A stretch of DNA of 63,049 bases, filler included, from Octopus bimaculoides (Eukaryota), in the NCBI RefSeq assembly GCF_001194135.2. It is 3 parts of 3 records of this genome, joined end to end, with 100 filler letters (N's around TTAATTAATTAA, not from the genome) between each part and the next. Parts side by side here need not be neighbours in the genome. Positions count along the whole stretch, not along the records: positions 50,556 to 63,049 come from NC_068986.1; 2 more parts are not named here. One strand, 5' to 3'. A program made the translations under genes and the position numbers. A model generated the notes under the pieces. The model worked only from the letters and a program-made list of their open reading frames with translations, did not search any database and had not been told where the DNA came from. This document shows positions 50,556-61,139 of the stretch, piece after piece. The stretch's first letter is position 1. Every line of letters begins with the position of its first letter.

Positions 50556-50926
50556 TAGGGTTTAGGGTTAGGGTTAGAGTTAACCTAGAAGGGACAGGCC
50601 CCTTATTTTTTGGTTAAGGCTGTTGGTAAGTTTTCCTAAGTTACTCCAATCCACATCCCCAATGCAAACCTTCAGATCAACCTTCTCCTATGCAGATCTC
50701 TAATGCAACTTTTAAAAAAACCCAGTCAATGAGTGGAAATAACCAATAAACTGATTCCTTATGGGATTTCCCAATCAAATTGCCAGCAAACCATTTTCAG
50801 CCAAATCAATTTCAACGGATTTCGCTCAAATCTGATGTCGATGTTACTTATTTTGGTTTGAAATAAAGCACTTGATCACTTAATAATCCTAGCTTAATCC
50901 CGAGCAGTGCCGGGATATACTGCTAG
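50556..50926 (+). mobile_element. Probable non-autonomous Helitron, 3' portion
   Basis: Subterminal hairpin ATCCCG-AGCAGTGC-CGGGAT, then ATACTG-CTAG|T, the canonical Helitron 3' signature; TTAGGG-like repeats at the left end. Confidence 0.65.
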
Positions 50927-50942
50927 TATATATATATATGTG

Positions 50943-51413
50943 ATGGCACCTGTGCCCAGTGTTGCCTTTCTGGCACTTGTGCCCGTGGCATGTCTAAGGA
51001 CTTTCGAGCGAGATCGTTGCCAGTGCCCCTTGACTGGCTCTTGTGCGGGTGGCACATAAAATACACCATTTTGCACGTAGCCGTTGCCAGTACTGCCTGA
51101 CTGGCCTTTGTAGGATTTTCGAGCGAGATCGTTGCTACTGCCCCTGGACTGGTTCTTGTGCAGGTGGCACTTAAAATACATCATCTTGAGTGTGGCCGTT
51201 GCCAGTACCGCCTGACTGGTCTTCATGCAGGTGACACGTAAAAGCACCCACTACACTCTCTGAGTGGTTGGCGTTAGGAAGGGCATCCAGCTGTAGAAAC
51301 TCTGCCAAATCAGATTGGAGCCTGGTGTAGCCATCTGGTTTCACCAGTCCTCAGTCAAATCATCCAACCCATGCTAGCATGGAAAGCGGATGTTAAACGA
51401 CGATGATGATGAT

Positions 51414-51416
<3 letters not shown>
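50943..51416 (+). mobile_element. SINE-like family C with internal ~115-bp duplication and (GAT)n tail
   Basis: GGCGTTAGGAAGGGCATCCAGCTGTAGAAAC...CCAACCCATGCTAGCATGGAAAGCGGATGTTAAAC(GAT)n; paralog at 52217. Confidence 0.8.
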
Positions 51417-51459
<43 letters not shown>

Positions 51460-52035
51460 TAAATAGAGAGTAATGTAAAAACATTACGAAGGATACATTA
51501 TAAATAATTAAGATTATTTATGAATATATCAATGGCTAAACATGTTATNNNNNNNNNNNNNNNNNNNNNNNNNNNNNNNNNNNNNNNNNNNNNNNNNNNN
51601 NNNNNNNNNNNNNNNNNNNNNNNNNNNNNNNNNNNNNNNNNNNNNNNNNNNNNNNNNNNNNNNNNNNNNNNNNNNNNNNNNNNNNNNNNNNNNNNNNNNN
51701 NNNNNNNNNNNNNNNNNNNNNNNNNNNNNNNNNNNNNNNNNNNNNNNNNNNNNNNNNNNNNNNNNNNNNNNNNNNNNNNNNNNNNNNNNNNNNNNNNNNN
51801 NNNNNNNNNNNNNNNNNNNNNNNNNNNNNNNNNNNNNNNNNNNNNNNNNNNNNNNNNNNNNNNNNNNNNNNNNNNNNNNNNNNNNNNNNNNNNNNNNNNN
51901 NNNNNNNNNNNNNNNNNNNNNNNNNNNNNNNNNNNNNNNNNNNNNNNNNNNNNNNNNNNNNNNNNNNNNNNNNNATGTTGGGGGGACAAACACAGACATA
52001 CAAACACACACACATACACATATATATACACATAT

Positions 52036-52200
52036 ACGACGGGCTTCTTTCAGTTTCCGTCTACCAAATCCACTCACAAGGCATTGGTCGGCCCGAGGCT
52101 ATAGTAGAAGGCACTTGCCCAAGATGCCACGCAGTGGGACTGAACCCGGGACCATGTGGTTGGTAAGCAAGCTACTTACCACACAGCCACTCCTACGCCT
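52036..52200 (-). mobile_element. SINE family A, young copy
   Basis: Near-consensus reverse complement ending CACAGCCACTCCTACGCCT. Confidence 0.9.
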
Positions 52201-52216
52201 ATATATATATATATAT

Positions 52217-52565
52217 ATGGCACCTGTGCCCAGCATTGCCTTTCTGGCATTTGTGCCAGTGGCACATGTAAAGACTTTCGAGTGAGATCGTTGACAGTAC
52301 CGCTGAACTGGCTCTTGTGCGGGTGGCACGTAAAATACACCATTTTGAGCGTGGCCATTGCCAGTACCGCCTGACTGGCCTTCATGCCAGTAGCACGTAA
52401 AAGCACCTACTACACTCTTGGAGTGGTTGGCATTAGGAAGGGCATCCAGCTGTAGAAACTCTGCCAAATCAGATTGGAGCCTGGTGTAGCCATCTGGTTC
52501 ACCAGTCCTCAGTCAAATCATCCAACCCATGCTAGCATGGAAAGCGGATGTTAAACAATGATGAT
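52217..52565 (+). mobile_element. SINE-like family C
   Basis: Same start ATGGCACCTGTGCCCAG and same tail as the 50943 copy; single internal unit. Confidence 0.8.
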
Positions 52566-52578
52566 ATATATTTATATA

Positions 52579-52810
52579 TATTGCCAAACTAACATGGCAG
52601 TCCAGAGAAATAGGATGAATGCTGCTGTTGATTAGCCCCAACAGGCGATCACTTCTAGCTAGCTATATGATGCATAAACCTGTGTCTACAAACCTTCGAA
52701 CAGGGGAGGTCATCAACTTCCCCTTGCTGGCTTGGCATCCACAGACTGGTTTCAGGATAGTTGCCCCTTATCAATGTGGAGCAGCCAAGTCCAGCAGGGG
52801 TCACTGTTGA
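52579..52810. repeat. Interspersed repeat; first ~43 bp repeated at 52936-52978
   Basis: TATTGC(C/T)AAACTAAC(A/G)TGGCAGTCCA(G/A)AGAAATAGGATGAATG occurs twice. Confidence 0.5.
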
Positions 52811-53537
52811 CCATCTGTTTGAAGGTTTTATTTATATATATTCAGTGAAATACACTCACTGATTTTCAAAAATAGAAATATTATAATTTCTAAATCTCTC
52901 TAAAGGATACAGCAGCAGTACTAGGTATTAATATTTATTGCTAAACTAACGTGGCAGTCCAAAGAAATAGGATGAATGATCACAGCTGAGTTGAGACCAA
53001 ACAACAACTGATGCCACATAACTAAGTCACATAATTAGAGTATGTAATGCAGTAATTTATAACTGATACATACAATCAGGTTATTAACATTCAAATCTTA
53101 ATTAGAACATTAATAACCTAATTGTTATTAAGTCATTCATAATCTAATAATTAACTGGAATGTTTCTGGTTGATCATGGCTGACTTGGGGGCTAAAAAAT
53201 AATAATAACATGGCTTTACAAGAATGTCTTGAGAAGCCACATAAATAATTAACTAAATTGTTTCTAATATTTTATACATTACAAACATTACATAATCTAG
53301 TTCTGTGACTTAATTATAGAACAGATTAGGAATAGAGTACAAGTATACAAAGAAAACAAACAACTCACACACAAGCATGGCCATATGTTTAAGAAGTTCA
53401 CAACATGAATATGTGAAAATTAAAATGATAATGATGATGTGCATGTGTGCATGTGCCTAAATAATTTTTTTGTGGGTGATGGTGATATTATGGCTATTTC
53501 TCCCATAAGCCATACATTCTGTAGCTTGGCAGTTTTA

Positions 53538-53621
53538 ATATAGATGTTTTTGATCTAGTTTGGATTCTTTGCCATCAGGTTTGATGGCAAATAATCCAAA
53601 CTAGATTGAAAACATCTATAT
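53538..53621. repeat. 84-nt near-perfect hairpin (40-nt arms, GGTT loop)
   Basis: 37 Watson-Crick pairs, 2 G:U, 1 mismatch by manual pairing. Confidence 0.9.
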
Positions 53622-54208
53622 GCGAACGCTAGCAGATTAAAAATACTTCACTAAAAAACAGGTTAGTATCACTGACAGGAAGAGCATCTAGCCATAGAAC
53701 ATAATTTCATCAGATCTCATTCAGTTCATGCTAACATGGAAGAAGCAGCTGTAAAAAGGATGCTGGTGATGATAATGATAACAACAGTGATGATGCTAAA
53801 AGCGATGAGGACATTGATGATGTATATGATAATATTACTATTGGGAGAATAATTCTGATGTAGCAAACGAAAAGCATGATAATTTTGTTCAAATTAACTC
53901 CTTTTATACCAAGGACAACTTACCTTTCGTCTCTTCTGAAATCAATAAAATAGTACTGAGATTGATATAATTGACTAAAACCTGCAGAGACATTACCCCA
54001 GCAGTTACACTCCAATGACTAAAACTAATAAAAGAATGTTCTGCAGAGTCAAAAAGTAATTGAACTCAGTTACAAATATTTCTAATATAAAAGGAAACCT
54101 AAGTCCTGCAAGACTTTATTTGAATTGTTGCTATTTGGTTGAATTATTCAAATTCACGTGAGAATCTCAGTTAGTATAAGTCTCCAAATTTTAAATAATA
54201 AATCAAAT

Positions 54209-54441
54209 TATTTACAATGGACAGATAGGTGTTCTCATCTTATTTGTTGTTATCACGTTTCGGCTCTCCAGCCTTCCTCAAATGTTCTGGTGGAATTTCG
54301 AACCCAGCCCTTTATTTGACTAATGGGGTACACTGTTCTTATTCCTAAGGTATGTTGCTGATGTTATTTTTCCCTGCCTGGGACTGAACTTAGAATTCGA
54401 GGATTAATAGCCCGCACTCTTATCCACTACACTATATGCCC
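54209..54441 (-). repeat. 3' terminal repeat of the PLE = family H unit (tRNA-like head + decayed hammerhead)
   Basis: Reverse complement GGGCATATAGTGTAGTGGATAAGAGTGCGGGCTATTAA...CATACCTTAGGAATAAGAAC...AACATTTGAGGAAGGCTGGAGAGCCGAAACGTGATAAC. Confidence 0.8.
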
Positions 54442-54470
54442 ATGGGCAATTATAGAGTGAATTTTAAGGC

Positions 54471-55221
54471 TTATAAATCTAGTATTTTATCTTTTCTTAA
54501 TACTAATTCCCATATTACATTTGTATCTGCACTAGGTCTGCTTAGGAGGTTATTGTGTCCTAGCATATGTGCTGCCTCTTTTAATTTTCGTATTTTCCAG
54601 TGGTGTTCTCTGTCGATTATTTTAACATCATCCCACAGTGGGAGGTGGTCTCTCTTTTTCCACACATGATTGGCTATACCTGATTTTTCAACATCCCCTC
54701 GTGTCACAGCTTTACAATGTTCCTCTACTCTTAATTTAAGGGGGACGCATGTTTCGCCTTTGTATAACCCACCACAACTGCATGGGATAGAGTACATTCA
54801 TTTTTTGGTCATATTCTCTTCTATGGGTGGTTTTACTTGGAGAAGATATTTGCGAAGTGTTGTATTACCTCTGAATACTGTCCTGATGTCATATGGGCCA
54901 CATATCTTTTGTATCTGTTCTGAGAGGCTTTTGACACAGGGTAGACAGACTGTGCTCAGTTTATGGGTTTCATCCTCCCTCCTCTTCCTAATTGGAGTGG
55001 ATAGTATGTTCTTTGAGTAGTTGTTGCATAGCAGATTGTTTCTTAGCCTGATCATTTCTTCCTGGTGTGTATTGCTACTTATAGTCTTTGCTTGATATTT
55101 TAGGCACTGAGCAATCCCTCTCTTAATACTGTATGGATGGTGGGAATTGAAGTTGAGGTATTGTCCAGTGAAGGTCGTCTTGTGGCATACGGATATCCTG
55201 AACCCATACTCATCAGGTGTT
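54471..55221 (-). pseudogene. PLE ORF remnant: RT C-terminus and GIY-YIG endonuclease, single frame with one internal TGA
   Basis: GFRISVCHKTTFTGQYLNFNSHHP...CLPCVKSLSEQIQKIC..YDIRTVF...*MYSIPCSCGGLYKGET...RVEEH...KLKEAAH matches PLE RT thumb and GIY-YIG motifs. Confidence 0.88.
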
Positions 55222-55353
55222 TCACCAGAACACCTGATGAAGGCTGGAGAATACATCAGTTGAAGCATTGTGATAACAACAAACAAAATGAGGACACCTA
55301 TCAATCCATTGAAAATAATGTACATAATTCCTCATCTCAAAAATATAGAATAG
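55222..55353 (+). repeat. Inverted 5' partial terminal repeat of the PLE (hammerhead half and tail of family H)
   Basis: CACCAGAACACCTGATGAAGGCTGGAGAATACATCAGTTGAAGCATTGTGATAACAAC...CCTCATCTCAAAAATATAGAA. Confidence 0.8.
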
Positions 55354-55578
55354 AATAAATCAAATGTTGTTATTCTGGTCTTTCTGTAAGATTTCTGAAA
55401 GCAAGACAAAACTAACTGTTGCTTCTGTGAATTTAATCAGTTTTAATTCTGAACGAAATCCTGCCTCAATGAATAAGTATTATTTTAAGAATTTTTGAGT
55501 CATACTTTTTGTCCGCTATTTGAATGACTGCTTTTGTAATTCCTTTCAAATAAATGGTAAAGTTTGTTGAGAACTTAC

Positions 55579-55661
55579 CTATGCATTGCTTGTTGTCAAG
55601 AAGTTTAAATCCAGGATAACAAGAACATTTGTAGCTTCCATTTGTGTTGTTACAATTTTGC
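55579..55661 (-). CDS. Calcium-binding EGF-like domain exon (5' end in gap): QNCNNTNGSYKCSCYPGFKLLDNKQCI
   Basis: Fits C-x-N-x4-Y-x-C-x-C cbEGF motif; phase-1 donor ATA G|GTAAGT typical of EGF module exons. Host gene not identifiable from one module. Confidence 0.85.
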
Positions 55662-56144
55662 NNNNNNNNNNNNNNNNNNNNNNNNNNNNNNNNNNNNNNN
55701 NNNNNNNNNNNNNNNNNNNNNNNNNNNNNNNNNNNNNNNNNNNNNNNNNNNNNNNNNNNNNNNNNNNNNNNNNNNNNNNNNNNNNNNNNNNNNNNNNNNN
55801 NNNNNNNNNNNNNNNNNNNNNNNNNNNNNNNNNNNNNNNNNNNNNNNNNNNNNNNNNNNNNNNNNNNNNNNNNNNNNNNNNNNNNNNNNNNNNNNNNNNN
55901 NNNNNNNNNNNNNNNNNNNNNNNNNNNNNNNNNNNNNNNNNNNNNNNNNNNNNNNNNNNNNNNNNNNNNNNNNNNNNNNNNNNNNNNNNNNNNNNNNNNN
56001 NNNNNNNNNNNNNNNNNNNNNNNNNNNNNNNNNNNNNNNNNNNNNNNNNNNNNNNNNNNNNNNNNNNNNNNNNNNNNNNNNNNNNNNNNNNNNNNNNNNN
56101 NNNNNNNNNNNNNNNNNNNNNNNNNNNNNNNNNNNNNNNNNNNN

Positions 56145-56226
<82 letters not shown>

Positions 56227-56684
56227 GTTTGTATAATATAAGTCAACAAATACTGAGAAAACGCAGTTTAGATGAAGAATGAAATATTTATTTATTAATG
56301 AGTATAACTAATTATAATTAGTTATTGATATATAGGCTACTATTAGGTTCATGTAAAAAGCAAACTTAAAGTGGGTTTGTGAAAAAAATTCTACATTTGT
56401 CAGGCCAAGACTATTCTGTAAATTCTTATGATGAAAGTCTGATAAAATATTACCTCAGACTTTTTCATTACACCCACGACTTTACAGAGTAGTGACCTTA
56501 AATAATTCATATACAGACAAATGTAAGATTTTTCTAAAGTCTTATTGATCTTGTATATGAATAAATCAATCAGACATTGGAGTACAATGCAGACCTAAAA
56601 CCTGTCAGATTCTGTCAAATTATTTGACCTATGCCAGTATAGAAGATGGACATTAAAAAGTGATGATGATGATGTTGATTATGC

Positions 56685-56868
56685 ATAGGTACAAGTGTGG
56701 CTGTGTAATAAGAAGCTTGCTTTCCAACCATATTGTTTGGGGTTTAGTCCGACTGCATGGCACTTTGGGTAAACCTCGAGCTGACCGAAGCCTTGTGAGT
56801 GGATTTGGTAGATGGAAACTGAAAAAAGCCCGTCAACCCATTGTATATATATATGTGTNNNNNNNNNN

Positions 56869-56912
<44 letters not shown>

Positions 56913-57038
56913 TTTGTGTCCGTGTTTGTCTCGCCATCACCACTACTTGACAACCAGTGCTGGTGTGTTTATATCCTCATAACTTAGCGGTTCCGCAAAA
57001 GAGACAAATAAAATAAGTATGAGGCTTTTAAAAAATAA
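56685..57038 (+). mobile_element. SINE family A, near full length, CpG-decayed
   Basis: Head GTGGCTGTGTAATAAGAAGCTTGC, internal (TG)n, tail AACTTAGCGGTTCCGCAAAAGAGAC. Confidence 0.8.
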
Positions 57039-57039
57039 G

Positions 57040-57765
57040 CACACTGCACATCATGAACTGAAAAAAACAGTTGGAAGTTGATCTGAACCTTTTTGCAAAG
57101 GTCATCACTGTTGATGAATGCTGGTGCTATGGCTATGACCCAGAAACAAAGCAGCAATCAAATCAATGGAAGCATTCAATGTCACCACGCCCCCAGAAAA
57201 GTGTGTCAAGTGAAGTCCAATGTCAAGATGATGCTGATTTGTTTCATTGATGCAAAAGGAATTATCCATACAGAATTTGTTCTTCCTAGACAAACTGTAA
57301 AACAGACATTTTATTTGGCAGTTCTGAAGTGTTTGTGAGACACAGTGAGACAAAAACACCCCAACCTGTGGCAAAGTGGAGAGTGGTGGTTTCATCATGA
57401 CAATGTGCCTGCACACACTGCCTTGAGTGTGAGACAGTTCTTGCCAAAAATGGCAGGACGTTGCTTACCCACCCTCCCTATACACCCGATCTTGCTCCTG
57501 CAACTTTTCTGTTCCTCCCAAATATAAAAGTCCTTAAAGGAAAGCATTTTGCAGATGTGGAAGAGGTGAAGAAAACGATGATGGAAGCATTAAAAGGCAT
57601 CGGTTTGCAAGAGTTCCAGGATTGCTTTGAACAATGGAAAACATGTCTAGACTGATGCATTGTTTCAAATTGAAAATACTTTGAAGGTGATAAAAGTGTA
57701 AACATGTAAAACTAAGTGAATAAAATAATATTACAAAATTCTGGCTTCTTTTGGATACACCCTCG
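57040..57765 (+). mobile_element. Mariner transposon, 3' half with right TIR (pseudogenised transposase)
   Basis: VITVDECWCYGYDPETKQQ, FHHDNVPAH, HPPYTPDLAP motifs with frameshifts; end GGATACACCCTCG followed by TA. Confidence 0.9.
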
Positions 57766-58403
57766 TATACATGTTATTAAACATGATTCCCATTTACCTA
57801 CAGATGGGAACCCACTAGTTAAGTTGAATCATACCCTACTACTCTTATCATCTTCACAGTTCTATCCCATATCTTTTATGTAATGAGAATCTGGTGATCT
57901 GAAAAGCTCTGTGAATAGTTTGGATGTCAGGCAGATGATTAAAGGACCTATGTATTGGCTGTGATTTAAGTATAGCGTTTAGTTAGAAATAAAGCTTATT
58001 CATATGAGTAACCTGTCTCTGGCATGCTCCACCTAGTAGTTTCCCATTTCCTTGCATATCTGCACATAATTCTTCCATGATCATTATATATATCATTCAG
58101 GTAATCAGTTGTCCATTTTCTATGTGAAGCATAGAGATTAGACTATCTGTATTGAGGGGAGAGGGGTCTTCTTGCTTTGTGACTTTTACAGATGTTTATT
58201 CTTGCCATTTGTCTGCTGTTTTCTCCTTCTCAGCTCATGATGATGGAGAAGTGCAATTGTTGTTATGGTTACTTTGGAGCAAGTTGTCTACTTACTAGTT
58301 TCTGGACTGGGCATGAGGTGATTTCCTCTGTCATGTAAGGAACTGTTGCCAATCAGGTAATGTTGTTGGGATTTTGAATAAGAACTTTTTCACTCATGCC
58401 AAA

Positions 58404-58419
<16 letters not shown>

Positions 58420-58435
<16 letters not shown>

Positions 58436-58439
58436 CGAT

Positions 58440-58475
<36 letters not shown>

Positions 58476-58543
58476 AATAATAATAATAGTAATAATAATG
58501 ATAATAATAACAACAACAACAACAGCAATAATAATAACAATAA
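58420..58543. repeat. (AAT)n/(AAC)n microsatellite
   Basis: Directly visible. Confidence 0.9.
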
Positions 58544-58860
58544 GCAGTGGCTCTCATGGCTTTTGATCTTAACTGATTGGAAATATTATCATGTACATTG
58601 CTTAGTCTTGGTATAAAAGATGGGCTACAGTAAAAATTCTGCTCAATACCACAGATTTGCTTATCAGTTGTTTGACTATAATCAGTTGAGTATGTCCCTT
58701 GGTGGCTGACAATATGTGCATCTCTGATCACAAGAAGAAGTAGTTGGGGAGTATCATAGCCATGTGTTAAGAGGAATTCTTTGGGATTTGAATAATTCAT
58801 CTCTAGAAACATGGGTGTTTCATTCCTTAAACAAACCTTTTGAGCAGGATGGGCTACACC
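58544..58860. mobile_element. Interspersed repeat family D
   Basis: Similar to 41737-42135. Confidence 0.75.
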
Positions 58861-58989
58861 TTCAATCTTTCTAAAAGTTGGTCTGTGTTTTAAGGCAATG
58901 GAAGAGTATTATATTATGAGTTCCTTCCATGAAATCAGACACTAAGTTCAGACTTAGTTGTTCTCAGTTAAACTGATTAAAGTAGACAA

Positions 58990-59325
58990 TCAGTAGAAAC
59001 CATCTAGAATTAGCAAACAAGAAAGATCTGGTCATACATTAGGACAATGCTAGATCCCACGTTTCTTAGCAGGCCTGGTATAAATTGGTACAGCTTGCCA
59101 AGGATGTTCTACCACACCCACTATATTCACCTGACTTTACATCTTCAAATTATCTACTCCAGTCCCTACAGAGTTTTCTTTATGGGAAGAACTAAGATTC
59201 TTTAGAAAACTGCAAAAACCTATTAGACCATTTCATGACTCAGAAAGATTCCAAATTCAGGAAGGATGGGATCATGAATTTGCTTCAAAGATAGCAAAAT
59301 GGGAAATATCTGCTTGAATAAAAGT
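58990..59325 (+). mobile_element. Decayed mariner transposase fragment (second lineage)
   Basis: ELANKKDLVIH*DNARSH...VLPHPLYSPD...DGIMNL motifs of the mariner catalytic domain. Confidence 0.75.
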
Positions 59326-61139
59326 ATGTACAACTATTTGAATATTGTTAATGAATTTTGTTAACAACAACAACAACACCCCACACACNNNNNNNNNNNN
59401 NNNNNNNNNNNNNNNNNNNNNNNNNNNNNNNNNNNNNNNNNNNNNNNNNNNNNNNNNNNNNNNNNNNNNNNNNNNNNNNNNNNNNNNNNNNNNNNNNNNN
59501 NNNNNNNNNNNNNNNNNNAACTCCTCCCCCCACCAACTCCTCCCCGCACCATTTAATGTCCATCTTCGATGCATGGGTTGGACAGTTTGACCATGGTGAA
59601 AAGGAGGGGATTGAGGACTGAGCCTTGATGACCGCCTACACTCACACACTAACATACACACACACACACATTTGCATTGTGTTTTGTTTGTGCTTGAGTA
59701 TGTGCACATAATTGTAGAGTTTCACAGATTTTTATGTCAAACTTGGTCTAAGGGGTTGTGAATTTATAAGCCCATGGAGTTGTGAATTCATAAGTCTTTG
59801 TACATAAGTATTTTTTCGTTAAATAATATGATGTCATGATTATATGTAATGAGGGAATTCAGCTTAAGTTTATGAGGGCATATGACTTTTATGCATAATA
59901 TTCATACAATTCATATAATTGATGCCCAGAGAAGAACTTATCCAGGTTGGGGGTGGGGGTGAGTGCAAAGTGGGTGAGTGTGTGTGTGGGTCATGCTTGA
60001 AATTTCGAAGTATGATTTCTTACATCAAAGGGAGAAAGTTTTCCTCCTTAATATTTAAACTGTTCACTGTTGATGTTATGATATTTAGTTTTCCAGTAAT
60101 GCAGAGCACACATTTGCTGTCCCATTCCCTGTATTTGCTGGTATTAGCTATAATGCTCCATATAAACTGGAGCATGGAAGAATTTTTTGTTTCTGTAGTG
60201 TACTTAAAAGAAAAATTTGCACATATTTACTATCAAATAGTGTTGTGCTTCATATTTGCAGTTGGGAAATAAAGCCATGTTTTATTGGCGATTGAAGTAC
60301 TTTATATAAAAAAAAAATTGAGAGGATATAGTTGCAAAATCAAAATACAGTGCAAGGAACATCTCATGATTTGTTTCTTACTTATGCCAGAAAAAGTTTC
60401 TTTGGCAATGAATATACAATTGCTCTTTCTCTGATCTAATTTTCTAGATAGGATATTACTGTATGTATATATATATTGGGATTTACACTGTTAAAAAAAT
60501 TTCAAAATTACAAAAATGAAAAGATTACCAATATCCTAATTTCTATAAATGATATAAAGATTAAAACATGTTTTGTATATTGTGCATATTGTACAATCAA
60601 AGTTGTAAATAATTTGCATAAAATACAAAAACTGAAATGTATAACATAAAAAAATTAGATTCATTTTGTTAAAATTTCATTTAAGGATAAATAATCAAAC
60701 ATAGCACAATTTTAATATGTATGTACATTTGGGAAATATTTATAAATGTATTTATAATATTCATATTTTGTAAGTTGATGTTAAAACATGATTTCCCATT
60801 TAGCTCTTTTATTAGCTTTCATCTTTCATTTTTAGCACTGTTTTAGCTCCTATTCTTCACAAATTCAGCTCTTTTTGAACATTCTTATTTAGCAACATTG
60901 CATAAATGTGAACTTGTGCTTTTCTCAATGCTTTTTGATTGCAGTGAGTAGTTCTTATTTTGGGTGTTGTTTGTGGGTAATAAAATTTTAGTATTTTGTT
61001 TAATTATGTGTTGAAATGTGTTGAATATATTTCTTTCTATTAGTTGTTTAAGCCTTGTTTTGTTTTTGTTTGAAACTTTTTTTATTGAAGGAGGTTATTT
61101 GTATTCATAGAAAATGTTCCATTGATCATCTTTTAAAAT

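Larger units (their letters stand above)
54209..55353 (-). mobile_element. 5'-truncated Penelope-like retroelement (RT thumb + GIY-YIG) with direct 3' and inverted 5' terminal repeats
   Basis: PLE-type peptides, family H repeats at both ends, and a 12-bp direct repeat AATAAATCAAAT at 54197-54208 and 55354-55365. Confidence 0.88.

Noticed and set aside
50556-50582. TTAGGG at a block start as a true telomere
   Set aside because: G-rich strand points inward, only ~4 degenerate units, and it is better explained as internal to the Helitron-like element.
53932-53943. 12-nt minus-strand microexon (TTTCAG|AAGAGACGAAAG|GTAAGT)
   Set aside because: Lies within a decayed family B SINE; probably a chance motif.
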